From Rhodanobacteraceae bacterium (GTDB taxonomy: Bacteria > Pseudomonadota > Gammaproteobacteria > Xanthomonadales > Rhodanobacteraceae), in NCBI GenBank assembly GCA_035534135.1, contig DATLSL010000037.1, positions 1 through 51,296 on the forward strand: DNA of 51,296 bases, in the 5' to 3' direction. Every line of letters starts with the position of its first letter. Within the stretch, counting starts at the first letter, position 1. This document shows positions 42,163 to 51,296 of this stretch, piece by piece. The position numbers and the translations under genes are program-made. The notes under the pieces were generated by a model, which saw only the letters and a program-made list of their open reading frames with translations, made no database searches and was not told the origin of the DNA.

Positions 42163-42783
42163 TTATCGCATCTCGATCTTCTGGTAACTGAGCGATACCG
42201 CCTGCTGCCCATCCGCCATCGCGCACGACGAGACCATCACGTCGCTCAATACCCAGGTCTTGCCCTTGCCGCTGAGCGTGGCGCGCGGAAAGTGCTTGCC
42301 CTGCGCGCAGACGTTGTCCTGGCGTGCCGCGACCTGCGCTGGCGATCCTTCCAGGCGCAGAGTGACGGTGCCGGGACCGGGCGAGTGCGGCGTCATGGCA
42401 TCGGTCGTGCCGTAGCCATCAATGGCGCCGACGGCTACCGGTGAGGCCTCGGGCGGCATCGCGCCCGGCGCCGCTTCGCGCTTCATCAGGGTGACGTGGC
42501 CAGTCTTGTTATGGTGGGCAGAGGCCATGCGGCCGGCGCCGAGCGAGCCGTTGCCCACGACGCCGGGTTGGCTGGCGCCGAACGAGAACGACATGACCTT
42601 TTCGCCAAACGATGTCGCAGGCGTCTGGCGCGCTGCACCGGCTTCGATGGTGGCCGGATTCCTGGTCGCGGCGCCGTCCTTGAGGTCCTCGATCTGCAGC
42701 AGGTAATCGGATGATGCCCAGGCGGTGCCGGCTGCAAGCAGGCTGGCGATAACGGCAAAACGCAGTGTGCGGTGGATGCGCAT
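42163..42783 (-). CDS. Hcp (T6SS tube)-like protein with N-terminal signal peptide
   Basis: Signal peptide ending AWA; DYLLQIEDL, VMSFSFGASQPG..GAGR, CAQGKHFPRATL, LSDVMVSS and VSLSYQKIE parallel Hcp1 motifs. Confidence 0.72.
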   Translation of the reverse strand: MRIHRTLRFAVIASLLAAGTAWASSDYLLQIEDLKDGAATRNPATIEAGAARQTPATSFGEKVMSFSFGASQPGVVGNGSLGAGRMASAHHNKTGHVTLMKREAAPGAMPPEASPVAVGAIDGYGTTDAMTPHSPGPGTVTLRLEGSPAQVAARQDNVCAQGKHFPRATLSGKGKTWVLSDVMVSSCAMADGQQAVSLSYQKIEMR

Positions 42784-42804
42784 GACGAGTCCCCTTGGTT
42801 GGCT

Positions 42805-42829
42805 GCAACATTACGAATCGTAATATTGC
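42805..42829. promoter_or_regulatory. Palindromic operator upstream of the Hcp-like gene
   Basis: GCAACATTACGA-A-TCGTAATATTGC; 12-bp arms with one mismatch, AT-rich, about 22 nt from the ATG. Confidence 0.75.
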
Positions 42830-42930
42830 GCCGAAGTGGGGGCCGGAACAATGGGCCTCGCGACAGCGCGGCCGGCGTGGCCGGAGCGGGGCGTCCGCGC
42901 CAGCCCGCAATCGAGCCTGCGACGTGCCGG

Positions 42931-45015
42931 CTAGCCGATATCGCCCGCAGCGAGTCCGGCGCGCTGGCGCTGCGCCATCTGCTGCAGCAGGGCGGCGAAG
43001 TCGCCGGCATAGCCGCGCATGTCGAACAGCGGCGAGGTGGCGCGGAGAGCGGTGAGTTCGGCGCGCAGCGCGGCGCAGGCACTGGCGTCGTGGCCGAGGC
43101 GGATCGCGGTGGCGATATACGCCGCGTCGTCATCGGCGTTGAGCGCGTCGAGACCGAGATGATGGTTGAGGCTGCCGGCAACGCGCGCAGCGAAGGTCGC
43201 ACCCGGCGCGGTCAGCAGCGGGCAGCCGGCCCACAACGCGTCGCTGGCGGTGGTGTGGGCGTTGTAGGGATGGCTGTCGAGAAACAGGTCGGCGTGCGCG
43301 TACAGGCCAAGGTATTCGGCGTGTGCGCGGCGCGCGGCGAAGACCACGCGCGCGGGATCGATGCCTTCGGCGGCGAGCACGGCGCGCAGGCGTGCGTTGA
43401 CGGTCGCCCCGGCATCCAGCAGCCACAGCACGCTGCCCGGCACCGCGCGCAACACCGCGGCAAATCGGGCGAGGCTGCCGCGGTTGAGCTTGAAGCTGTT
43501 GTTGAAGCAGGCATAGACCACGCCGTGTTCCGGCAAGCCGAGTGCCGCGCGCGATGGCGGCGCGATCGGCACGCGCGTCGGATCGCTGGGCTGGTAGCAG
43601 CGCGGCAGGTACGCCACCGCCTCGTTGACGTGGGCGCGCAGCGCGGGCGGCAGCACGAAATGATCGGCAATCAGGTAATCCATCCACGGCGCGCCGCTGC
43701 TGCCGGGATAGGCCAGCCAGTTCACCTGCAGCGGTGCCGGGCGCAGTGCGAAGGTCTGCGGACGGCTGCCGCCGCACCAGCCGTCGAGATCGATCAGGAT
43801 CTCGATGGTGTCGTCATGGATGGTCTGTGCCAGCGCCGCGGCGGTCTGCGCACTGGCATCGCGAAACGTGTGCGCGGCGGCGGCAAGCCTCGCGCGCCAG
43901 ACGCTGCCGTCGTCGCGGCTGGTGGCGTACAGCGCGACGTGCGGCACGGATTCCCGCAGCGCCTCGAAGAACGTCGCGGTCAGCATCGCCGTCGCGTGCT
44001 GGTGAAAGCCATTGGCGACGAAGCCCACGCGCAGCGGTGCGCCGGCGGCACGCGGCGCGTGGCGCCAGTCCAGCCAGGCGCGGCGCGGCACCGTCGCGGC
44101 CTCGACGCGTGCCGCTTCGAGGCGCGCGCAGGCCAGCTGCGCGGCGGCATCGCTGTCCTCGGCGAGAAAGGCGAACGGCGACACGCCGCCGCGGCCGGCG
44201 GCGACGTGCGCACGCAGTCGCGCCGTCAGCGCGTCCAACCCGGCCAGGTCGGCGCACTGGCGGCGCGCGAAGACCAGCTGGCCGAGCGCGCGGCCGTCGT
44301 CCGGATCCAGCGCCAGCGCCGTCGCGTAAGCGGCCGCGGCAGCCTCGTAGTGGCCCTGCTCGTCGCACATCAGGCCGGTCTGGTAGGCGAGCCGTGCGTC
44401 CTGTGGCGCGCGCCGTGCGCCTTCGGCGTACGCCGCCTCGGCATCGGAATGGCGGCCCTGCACCGCCAGCGCATGGCCGAGCAACAGCCAGCCGTCGACG
44501 GGTGCATCCGGCGCCGTCAGCGCGCTGCGTGTGCGCGTTTCGGCATCCGTCACGGCGCCGAGTTCGAGTTCGACTGCGGCCAGATTGATGGCGATGCCCG
44601 CGGCCTGTGGCGTTGCCGCCAGTGCCGCGAGGTAGGCCGCGCGCGCGCCGTCGAGATCGCCCGCCGCGCGGCGCGCGCTGCCGAGCAGGTTGAGCGCCGG
44701 TGGATACGCGGGCGACAGCGTCAACGCCTGCTCGACGGCCGCGATCGCGCCCGCGGCGTCGCCCAGCGCCAGCCGTGCGCTGGCCAGATTGCAGCGCATC
44801 TCGACACTGCGCGGCGCCAGCCGGGCACCGCGTTCGAGTACCGCGACGGCGTCGGCGGCGCGGCCGGTCAGCAGCAACGCGACGCCGTGCAGACGCGCCA
44901 GCTCGGCGTCGTCGGGATGGCGCGTGCGCAGCGCGCGCGCGGCGGTTTCGGCTTCGGCGGCACGGCCGCTGGCGAGCAGCTGGGCGATCGGTGCGGCGCG
45001 GTCGGCGGCCTGCAT
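42931..45015 (-). CDS. TPR-containing O-GlcNAc transferase-like (GT41) protein
   Basis: N-terminal TPRs; LRVGFV...F..H, ILIDLDG, RPAPLQVNWLAYPGSSG...DYLIAD, FNNSFK, DLFLDSHPYNAHTTASDALWAG. Confidence 0.9.
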   Translation of the reverse strand: MQAADRAAPIAQLLASGRAAEAETAARALRTRHPDDAELARLHGVALLLTGRAADAVAVLERGARLAPRSVEMRCNLASARLALGDAAGAIAAVEQALTLSPAYPPALNLLGSARRAAGDLDGARAAYLAALAATPQAAGIAINLAAVELELGAVTDAETRTRSALTAPDAPVDGWLLLGHALAVQGRHSDAEAAYAEGARRAPQDARLAYQTGLMCDEQGHYEAAAAAYATALALDPDDGRALGQLVFARRQCADLAGLDALTARLRAHVAAGRGGVSPFAFLAEDSDAAAQLACARLEAARVEAATVPRRAWLDWRHAPRAAGAPLRVGFVANGFHQHATAMLTATFFEALRESVPHVALYATSRDDGSVWRARLAAAAHTFRDASAQTAAALAQTIHDDTIEILIDLDGWCGGSRPQTFALRPAPLQVNWLAYPGSSGAPWMDYLIADHFVLPPALRAHVNEAVAYLPRCYQPSDPTRVPIAPPSRAALGLPEHGVVYACFNNSFKLNRGSLARFAAVLRAVPGSVLWLLDAGATVNARLRAVLAAEGIDPARVVFAARRAHAEYLGLYAHADLFLDSHPYNAHTTASDALWAGCPLLTAPGATFAARVAGSLNHHLGLDALNADDDAAYIATAIRLGHDASACAALRAELTALRATSPLFDMRGYAGDFAALLQQMAQRQRAGLAAGDIG

Positions 45016-45022
45016 GCGCGGG

Positions 45023-45465
45023 TCAGATCGTCAGCGTGTACACATGGCTGCTGTCGTCGCGCTGCCAGCCGAGGGCCGCATACAGGCGCTGCGCCGCGGC
45101 GTTGCTGCGCTGGGTTTCCAGCTGCAGACCGAGTGCGCCGCTGGCAATGGCGTGATCGCGCGCGGCGGCGAGCAGCGCGCGGCCGACGCCGTGACGGCGT
45201 GCCGCTGGCGCCACGTAGAGGTCGTTGAGCTGCCACACGCGCCCGGTGCGCACCGAGCTGAACAGCGGATACAGCTGAGTGAAGCCGGCCACGGCGTCGT
45301 CGCTCTGCGCCAGCAGGATCACCGCATCACCGTGGCGCAGGCGTGCGCCGATGAAGGCCCGCGCCCGCGCGGGATCGGCGGCCTGACCGTAGAACTGGCG
45401 ATAGGCGTCGAACAGCGGCGCGACGGCATCGAGGTCGGCGGCGATGGCGGTCCGGATCGTCGCGC

Positions 45466-45469
<4 letters not shown>
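45023..45469 (-). CDS. GNAT acetyltransferase
   Basis: [38 protein letters not shown]. Confidence 0.9.
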
Positions 45470-46544
<1,075 letters not shown>

Positions 46545-46548
<4 letters not shown>

Positions 46549-47813
46549 GGCGTGTCGTCGTGCGCGTCGAGACCGTACAGGCGGCCGGCGGCATGCAGCA
46601 GGTCGACCTCGCCCTTCAGCGCGGCTTCGCGCAGGCGTGCGCTGGGCGCGTGCAGCAGCTTGTTGGTCAGGGTATTGGCGAGATAGGCCAGGGCCTCGTC
46701 GGGGCTCTTGCCGGCAGCGATCAGGGCGCGTGCCCTGGTCAGCACCTCGTCGCGCTGGGCCTCGGAACGGGTGCGCAGCGCCGCGACCGGATTGTCGACG
46801 GTCAGTGCGCGCCGCCAGGCCATGTAATGCTCGACCTGCAGGCCGATGATCGCCTCGGCCTCGCGCGCAGCGGCTTCGCGCGAGCGCAGGCCGGCGTCGA
46901 TCACCTGGCGCAGATCGTCGATGCTGTACAGGAAAACGTCCTGCAGACTGGCCACCCCGGCCTCGATGTCGCGTGGCACCGCGATGTCGAGCAGGAACAT
47001 CGGCCGGTGCCGGCGTCGCGCGATTGCCGCCGCGACCATCGCGCGCGTGATCACCGGCGTGCGGCTGGCGGTGGAACTGATCACGATGTCGGCTTCGGCC
47101 AGGTGCTGCGGCAAATCGGCCAGCGTCACCGCGTAGCCGCCGATGCGACCGGCCAGCGCCTGCGCGTTCTCGAGGCTGCGATTGGCGACCAGCAGGCGCG
47201 GCACGCGCTTGTCGACCAGGTGGCGCGCGGCCAGCTCGATCGTCTCGCCGGCGCCGACCAGCAGCACGGTCGCGCCGCGCAGATCGGTGAACAGGCGCTC
47301 GACCAGGCGCACCGCGGTGAACGCGATCGACACCGGATGCGCGCCGATGCGGGTGTCGGTACGCACGCGCTTGGCCACCGCGAAGGTGTTCTGCAGCAGG
47401 CGCTCCATCGGCGCGCGCAGGGTCTGCGCCCGGTGCGCCAGCTGGTAGGCGTCCTTGACCTGGCCGAGGATCTGCGGCTCACCCAGCACCATCGAGTCGA
47501 GGCCGGTGGCGACGCGGAACATGTGCCGCACCGCTTCGCCTTCCTCGTGGCGGTAGAGGAACTCGTCGAGACGGCCGCCGGGCAGGTTGTAGTGCTGATG
47601 CAGCCAGCGCAGCGGTGCCTCCTCGGCACCGGCGGCGACGCTGCAATACAGCTCAGTGCGGTTGCAGGTCGACAGGATCAGCGCTTCGTCCACGCCGTCC
47701 AGCTGCGTCAGCTCGGCCAGCGCCTGCGGGGCGCTGTCGGCGTCGAATGCGACCTGTTCGCGCAGGGCGAGCGGGGCGGTCAGATGGTTGAGCCCGAGGG
47801 CAATCAGAGGCAT
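46545..47813 (-). CDS. hemA: Glutamyl-tRNA reductase
   Basis: [41 protein letters not shown]. Confidence 0.97.
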
Positions 47814-47935
47814 GAGGGCGCGCGGGCAACGATCGGCTAAGCTCACAGGGACCGGCGTCGGCCGGTTTTCGGCATCACGCGCGGGGCAGGGTCACGGTGG
47901 AAATTGTGCGGATAGCACCTTGCAAGATCAAGCAC

Positions 47936-49651
47936 ATGCGGCGATTTGCAGCTGGCGCGACGCTGATAGCCGCGCTGCTGGCCGGTTGTGCGCAGGCGCC
48001 CCTGCGTACCCCGCAGCATACCCCCGCACCCGTGACGCAGCCGTTGGCACGCATCGAGTTGGCGCCGGGACCGGGACAGGCGGTGGCGGCCGACCTGCTG
48101 CAGGCCGAGTTCGCGCTGGCGCATAACGATCTCAAGACCGCCGCTGCGGCGACCGCACGCGCGGCAATGCTGTCATCTGATCCTGCGGTTGCGGAACGCG
48201 CCGTGGCGCTGGCGGTGGCCGTGCACGATGCGCCGCTGGCGGCGCAGGCGCTGGCACGTTGGCAGGCGCTGGGCTCCGCGCCGGGTGCGCTGGCCGCAGC
48301 GCGCGCGCAGCTGGCGCTGGACCAGGGTGACCGCGCCGGCGCCGAGCAGCAGCTCGATGCGGTGATCGTCGCCGGTGGCGCCAATGCATGGCGTGATGCT
48401 CTGCGCGTGCTGGCCTCGGCGCGTGATCCGGCACTGGCTGGTGTGGTGCTCGAAAACCTTGCGACACCGGCGCGTCTGCCGGCCGACGACAGCGTGATCT
48501 GGCTGGCGGCCAGCCAGCTGGGAGCGCATCTGGGCCGGCACGCTTTTGCCCAGAGCCTCGCCGCGGCCGCGCTGTCCCGCTTCGGCAGCGCCGCCAGCTA
48601 CGGCTGGTTGGCGCAGCTGGCGCAGCAGGCGGGTGATCTCAAGACGGCGCAAGCCACACTGCGCGCCGGCCTGACGCGACACCCGCGCAGCATCTCGCTG
48701 CGCATGGCCCTGGCCGGCCTGCTGGCCGCGCGCGGCGACAACACTGCAGCGCAACGGCTGCTGGCGCAGGGAACCCAGGATGCCGGCACCTACGCTGCGC
48801 GCGCGGCCTATGCCGCCCGTGGCAACGATCGCAAGGCGCTGGCGACGATCTATGCCGAGCTGGCGCGAGCGTCAGCCGCGGTGCGCAAGCCCAACCTGTT
48901 CCTGCTCGGCCAGCTGGCTGAACTGCTCGATCGTCACCAGGCGGCGCTCGACTGGTATGCGCAGGTGGCCGAGGGCGATCCACACGCCTTCGATGCCGAT
49001 GTGCGCCGCGTGGTGCTGCTGTCCGAACTGGGACGCGGCCAGCAGGCGCAGGAGTTGCTGCGCGGACTGCAAAACGATTACGCCGACGAGCCCAAGGCGT
49101 CTCTCAAGCTGCTGATGCTCGAGGCGGAGATGGACATGCGCGCGCACCGCTATGCCGAGGCGGTGACAGTCTACGGACGCGCCCTGCAGCGGTCGCCCAA
49201 CGATCCGGGATTGCTTTACGCGCGCGGCGTTGCCGCCGCCGAAGCCGGCGCGGTCGATCAGGCGGTGACCGACCTGCGCCAGGTGCTTGCGCTGAAACCC
49301 GGCGATGTCAATGCCATGAATGCTCTGGGCTACACGCTGGCGGATGCCAGGCGTGAGCTGCCCGAAGCCGAGAAACTCGTTGCCGCGGCCCACCGCGCGC
49401 GCCCCGATGATCCGGCGATCACCGATTCCTGGGGCTGGGTGCAGTTTCGTCTCGGTCACCTCGACGAGGCCGAGCGCAGCCTGCGCAAGGCCTGGGACAA
49501 GAGCAAGGACGCCGAGATCGGCGCGCATCTGGCCGCGGTGCTGTGGGCGCAAGGCCGCCACGCCGAGGCGCGCGCAGTGCTGATGCAGGCGCACAAGCTC
49601 GATCCGCACAGCCGCAGCGTGCACGCGCTGCAGGCGCGCTGGGGCGCATGA
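47936..49651 (+). CDS. TPR-repeat lipoprotein
   Basis: Lipobox LAGC; TPRs with NALGYTLAD and DSWGWVQFRLG; conserved position between hemA and lolB. Confidence 0.88.
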   Translation: MRRFAAGATLIAALLAGCAQAPLRTPQHTPAPVTQPLARIELAPGPGQAVAADLLQAEFALAHNDLKTAAAATARAAMLSSDPAVAERAVALAVAVHDAPLAAQALARWQALGSAPGALAAARAQLALDQGDRAGAEQQLDAVIVAGGANAWRDALRVLASARDPALAGVVLENLATPARLPADDSVIWLAASQLGAHLGRHAFAQSLAAAALSRFGSAASYGWLAQLAQQAGDLKTAQATLRAGLTRHPRSISLRMALAGLLAARGDNTAAQRLLAQGTQDAGTYAARAAYAARGNDRKALATIYAELARASAAVRKPNLFLLGQLAELLDRHQAALDWYAQVAEGDPHAFDADVRRVVLLSELGRGQQAQELLRGLQNDYADEPKASLKLLMLEAEMDMRAHRYAEAVTVYGRALQRSPNDPGLLYARGVAAAEAGAVDQAVTDLRQVLALKPGDVNAMNALGYTLADARRELPEAEKLVAAAHRARPDDPAITDSWGWVQFRLGHLDEAERSLRKAWDKSKDAEIGAHLAAVLWAQGRHAEARAVLMQAHKLDPHSRSVHALQARWGA

Positions 49652-50262
49652 GCGTGCGTCGTTCGCGCATCGTTTCTGCCATGGCGTTGCTGCTCGCGCT
49701 GGCCGCGTGCGCACCGCTGCCGCTGCGCACCACGCCCGGCACGGTCGCCGAGCTGGCCGCACAGACCGCGCGCGAGCAGGCGCTGGCCGGCGTCACGCGC
49801 TTCACGCTGGACGGCCGCATCGGTGTCAGCGACGGCCGCGACGGCGGCAGCGGCGGCTTCACCTGGAAACAGGACGGCGCCGCGCTGGACTTCACCGTGC
49901 GCGCGCCGATCACCGGCCGCAGCTTTCGCCTGCGCAGCGGCCCGGATGGCGCCTGTCTGGAAGGACTGAAACCGCAGCCGCTGTGCGCTGCCGATGCCGA
50001 AAGCCTGCTGATCGCCCAGCTCGGCTGGCATCTGCCGCTGGCCGGCCTGCGTGCGTGGACGATGGGCCTGCGTGCGCCTGGCAGTGAGGCGCAGCTGACG
50101 TTCGGCCCCGGCGGATTGCCGGCCACCCTCGACCAGGACGGCTGGCACGTCGAGTACCGCGACTGGGATCGCGCCCATGTTCCGGCGTTGCCGCGCGCCA
50201 TCTTTGCGCGCAAGCCGCCCTACAGCGTGCGTCTGTACGTGGAGCACTGGGAGCTGCCGTGA
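49648..50262 (+). CDS. lolB: Outer-membrane lipoprotein insertase LolB
   Basis: Lipobox LAAC, GRIGV....GGSG.F.W.Q, LGWHLP, QDGWHVEY; upstream of ispE. Confidence 0.9.
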   Translation: MSVRRSRIVSAMALLLALAACAPLPLRTTPGTVAELAAQTAREQALAGVTRFTLDGRIGVSDGRDGGSGGFTWKQDGAALDFTVRAPITGRSFRLRSGPDGACLEGLKPQPLCAADAESLLIAQLGWHLPLAGLRAWTMGLRAPGSEAQLTFGPGGLPATLDQDGWHVEYRDWDRAHVPALPRAIFARKPPYSVRLYVEHWELP

Positions 50263-51137
50263 CCGCGCAGGCGTGGACGCTCTGGCCGGCACCGGCCAAG
50301 CTCAACCTGTTTCTGCATATTGTCGGCCGCCGCGCCGACGGCTACCACCGGCTGCAGACGGTATTTCGCCTGCTCGACTGGGGCGACAGCGTGCGTCTGC
50401 GTGTGCGCGATGACGCTGTGATCGTGCGCAGCGCCGGTGCGGAGGGGATTGCTGCTGACGATGATCTCGCAGTGCGCGCGGCACGGGCGCTCAAGGCTGC
50501 GACCGGCTGCGCGCTCGGCGCCGAGATCGCAGTGGACAAGCGGATCCCGGTCGGCGCCGGATTGGGCGGCGGCAGTTCCGATGCCGCTACCGTGCTGGTC
50601 GCACTCAACCGCTTGTGGGGCTGCGGTCTGGATGATGACGCACTGGCCGCGCTGGGCTTGCAACTGGGAGCCGACGTGCCGGTGTTCGTGCGCGGACGCA
50701 ACGCCTGGGCCGAAGGCATCGGCGAGGTGTTGACCCCGATCACGCTGCCGCCGCGCTGGTACGTGCTGCTCGACCCCGCCATTCACGTCGCCACCGCGCC
50801 GCTTTTCCAAGCGCCTGAATTGACACGCAATGCCGCGGAAGAGACAATTCGCCGCTTTCTTGACGGGATGGTGACGGGCAACGCCTTCGAGCCGATCGTG
50901 CGCGTGCGCCATCCTGCGGTGGCGACGGCGCTGGACTGGCTCGGTGGTTTTGGTCTGGCGCGATTGTCCGGCAGCGGCGGCAGCGTGTTTCTGGAAACCC
51001 GCAGCCACGCCGAAGCCGCCGACATCGCCGGGCGCTGTCCCGCGCAGTACACGGCCCGGGTGGCGCGCGGAGCGGAGATCTCCTCGCTGACGCTTGCGGC
51101 CGCACGGTTTTCTGCTGGGGCGTCGCCAAGCTGGTAA
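50259..51137 (+). CDS. ispE: 4-diphosphocytidyl-2-C-methyl-D-erythritol kinase
   Basis: PAPAKLNLFLHI..RRADGYH.LQT, KRIPVGAGLGGGSSDAA, LGADVP, LSGSG. Confidence 0.96.
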   Translation: MTAQAWTLWPAPAKLNLFLHIVGRRADGYHRLQTVFRLLDWGDSVRLRVRDDAVIVRSAGAEGIAADDDLAVRAARALKAATGCALGAEIAVDKRIPVGAGLGGGSSDAATVLVALNRLWGCGLDDDALAALGLQLGADVPVFVRGRNAWAEGIGEVLTPITLPPRWYVLLDPAIHVATAPLFQAPELTRNAAEETIRRFLDGMVTGNAFEPIVRVRHPAVATALDWLGGFGLARLSGSGGSVFLETRSHAEAADIAGRCPAQYTARVARGAEISSLTLAAARFSAGASPSW

Positions 51138-51191
51138 GGCACGGGATTTTGATTCCCGCATTCGCAGGTTCGAGTCCTGCCGCCCCAGCCA
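51116..51191 (+). tRNA. tRNA-Gln (TTG)
   Basis: TGGGGCGTCGCCAAGCTGGTAAGGCACGGGATTTTGATTCCCGCATTCGCAGGTTCGAGTCCTGCCGCCCCAGCCA; usual position between ispE and prs. Confidence 0.97.
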
Positions 51192-51234
51192 TTCGCGCCG
51201 GCTTGCTCCGGCCACGCACGATGAAGGTCCACCC

Positions 51235-51296
51235 GTGAATGCCTCCAACGGCCTGATGCTGTTTTCCGGCAACGCCCACCGCAAGCTGGCGGAGGA
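51235..51296 (+). CDS. prs: Ribose-phosphate pyrophosphokinase, 5' end (partial)
   Basis: GTG start; NASNGLMLFSGNAHRKLAE matches the Prs N-terminus; synteny with ispE-tRNA-Gln. Confidence 0.88.
   Translation, partial: MNASNGLMLFSGNAHRKLAE

Overview
GC-rich gammaproteobacterial chromosome segment. The gene order (nusB-thiL-pgpA ... tRNA-Phe-yggX-mutY-asmA-ftsY-rsmD-coaD ... pnt ... sufT ... wrbA/yihY ... prfA-hemA-TPR-lolB-ispE-tRNA-Gln-prs) resembles Xanthomonadales (Rhodanobacteraceae-like); the taxonomy is inferred. An accessory block of about 13.5 kb lies between pgpA and the 3' end of tRNA-Phe. It carries a red-type form I RubisCO Calvin-cycle cluster (cbbR/cbbLSXFPZA), a thioredoxin-fold gene, a fused chorismate mutase-prephenate dehydrogenase, an APC permease and an isochorismatase. 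The most unusual observation is at 21.0-21.8 kb. Two adjacent, unrelated genes (a YfhL-type ferredoxin and an MBL-fold hydrolase) each have their translation-initiation region plus first 13-15 codons duplicated (51 bp and 82 bp direct repeats). In both cases the two copies flank a ~110-nt element of the same architecture: GGYGARCCGG, an 11-bp stem with GTGAAG loop, CCGGYGARC, then two GGA-loop hairpins, with 4 compensatory base-pair changes between the elements. This suggests a structured, possibly mobile element that targets gene starts. Other notable items: an orphan Hcp-like protein with a Sec-type signal peptide behind a 25-bp palindromic operator; an ispE stop codon inside tRNA-Gln; a candidate sRNA after sufT; and an ECF sigma cassette splitting the transhydrogenase genes. 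All calls come from reading the sequence and ORF translations; no database searches were run.
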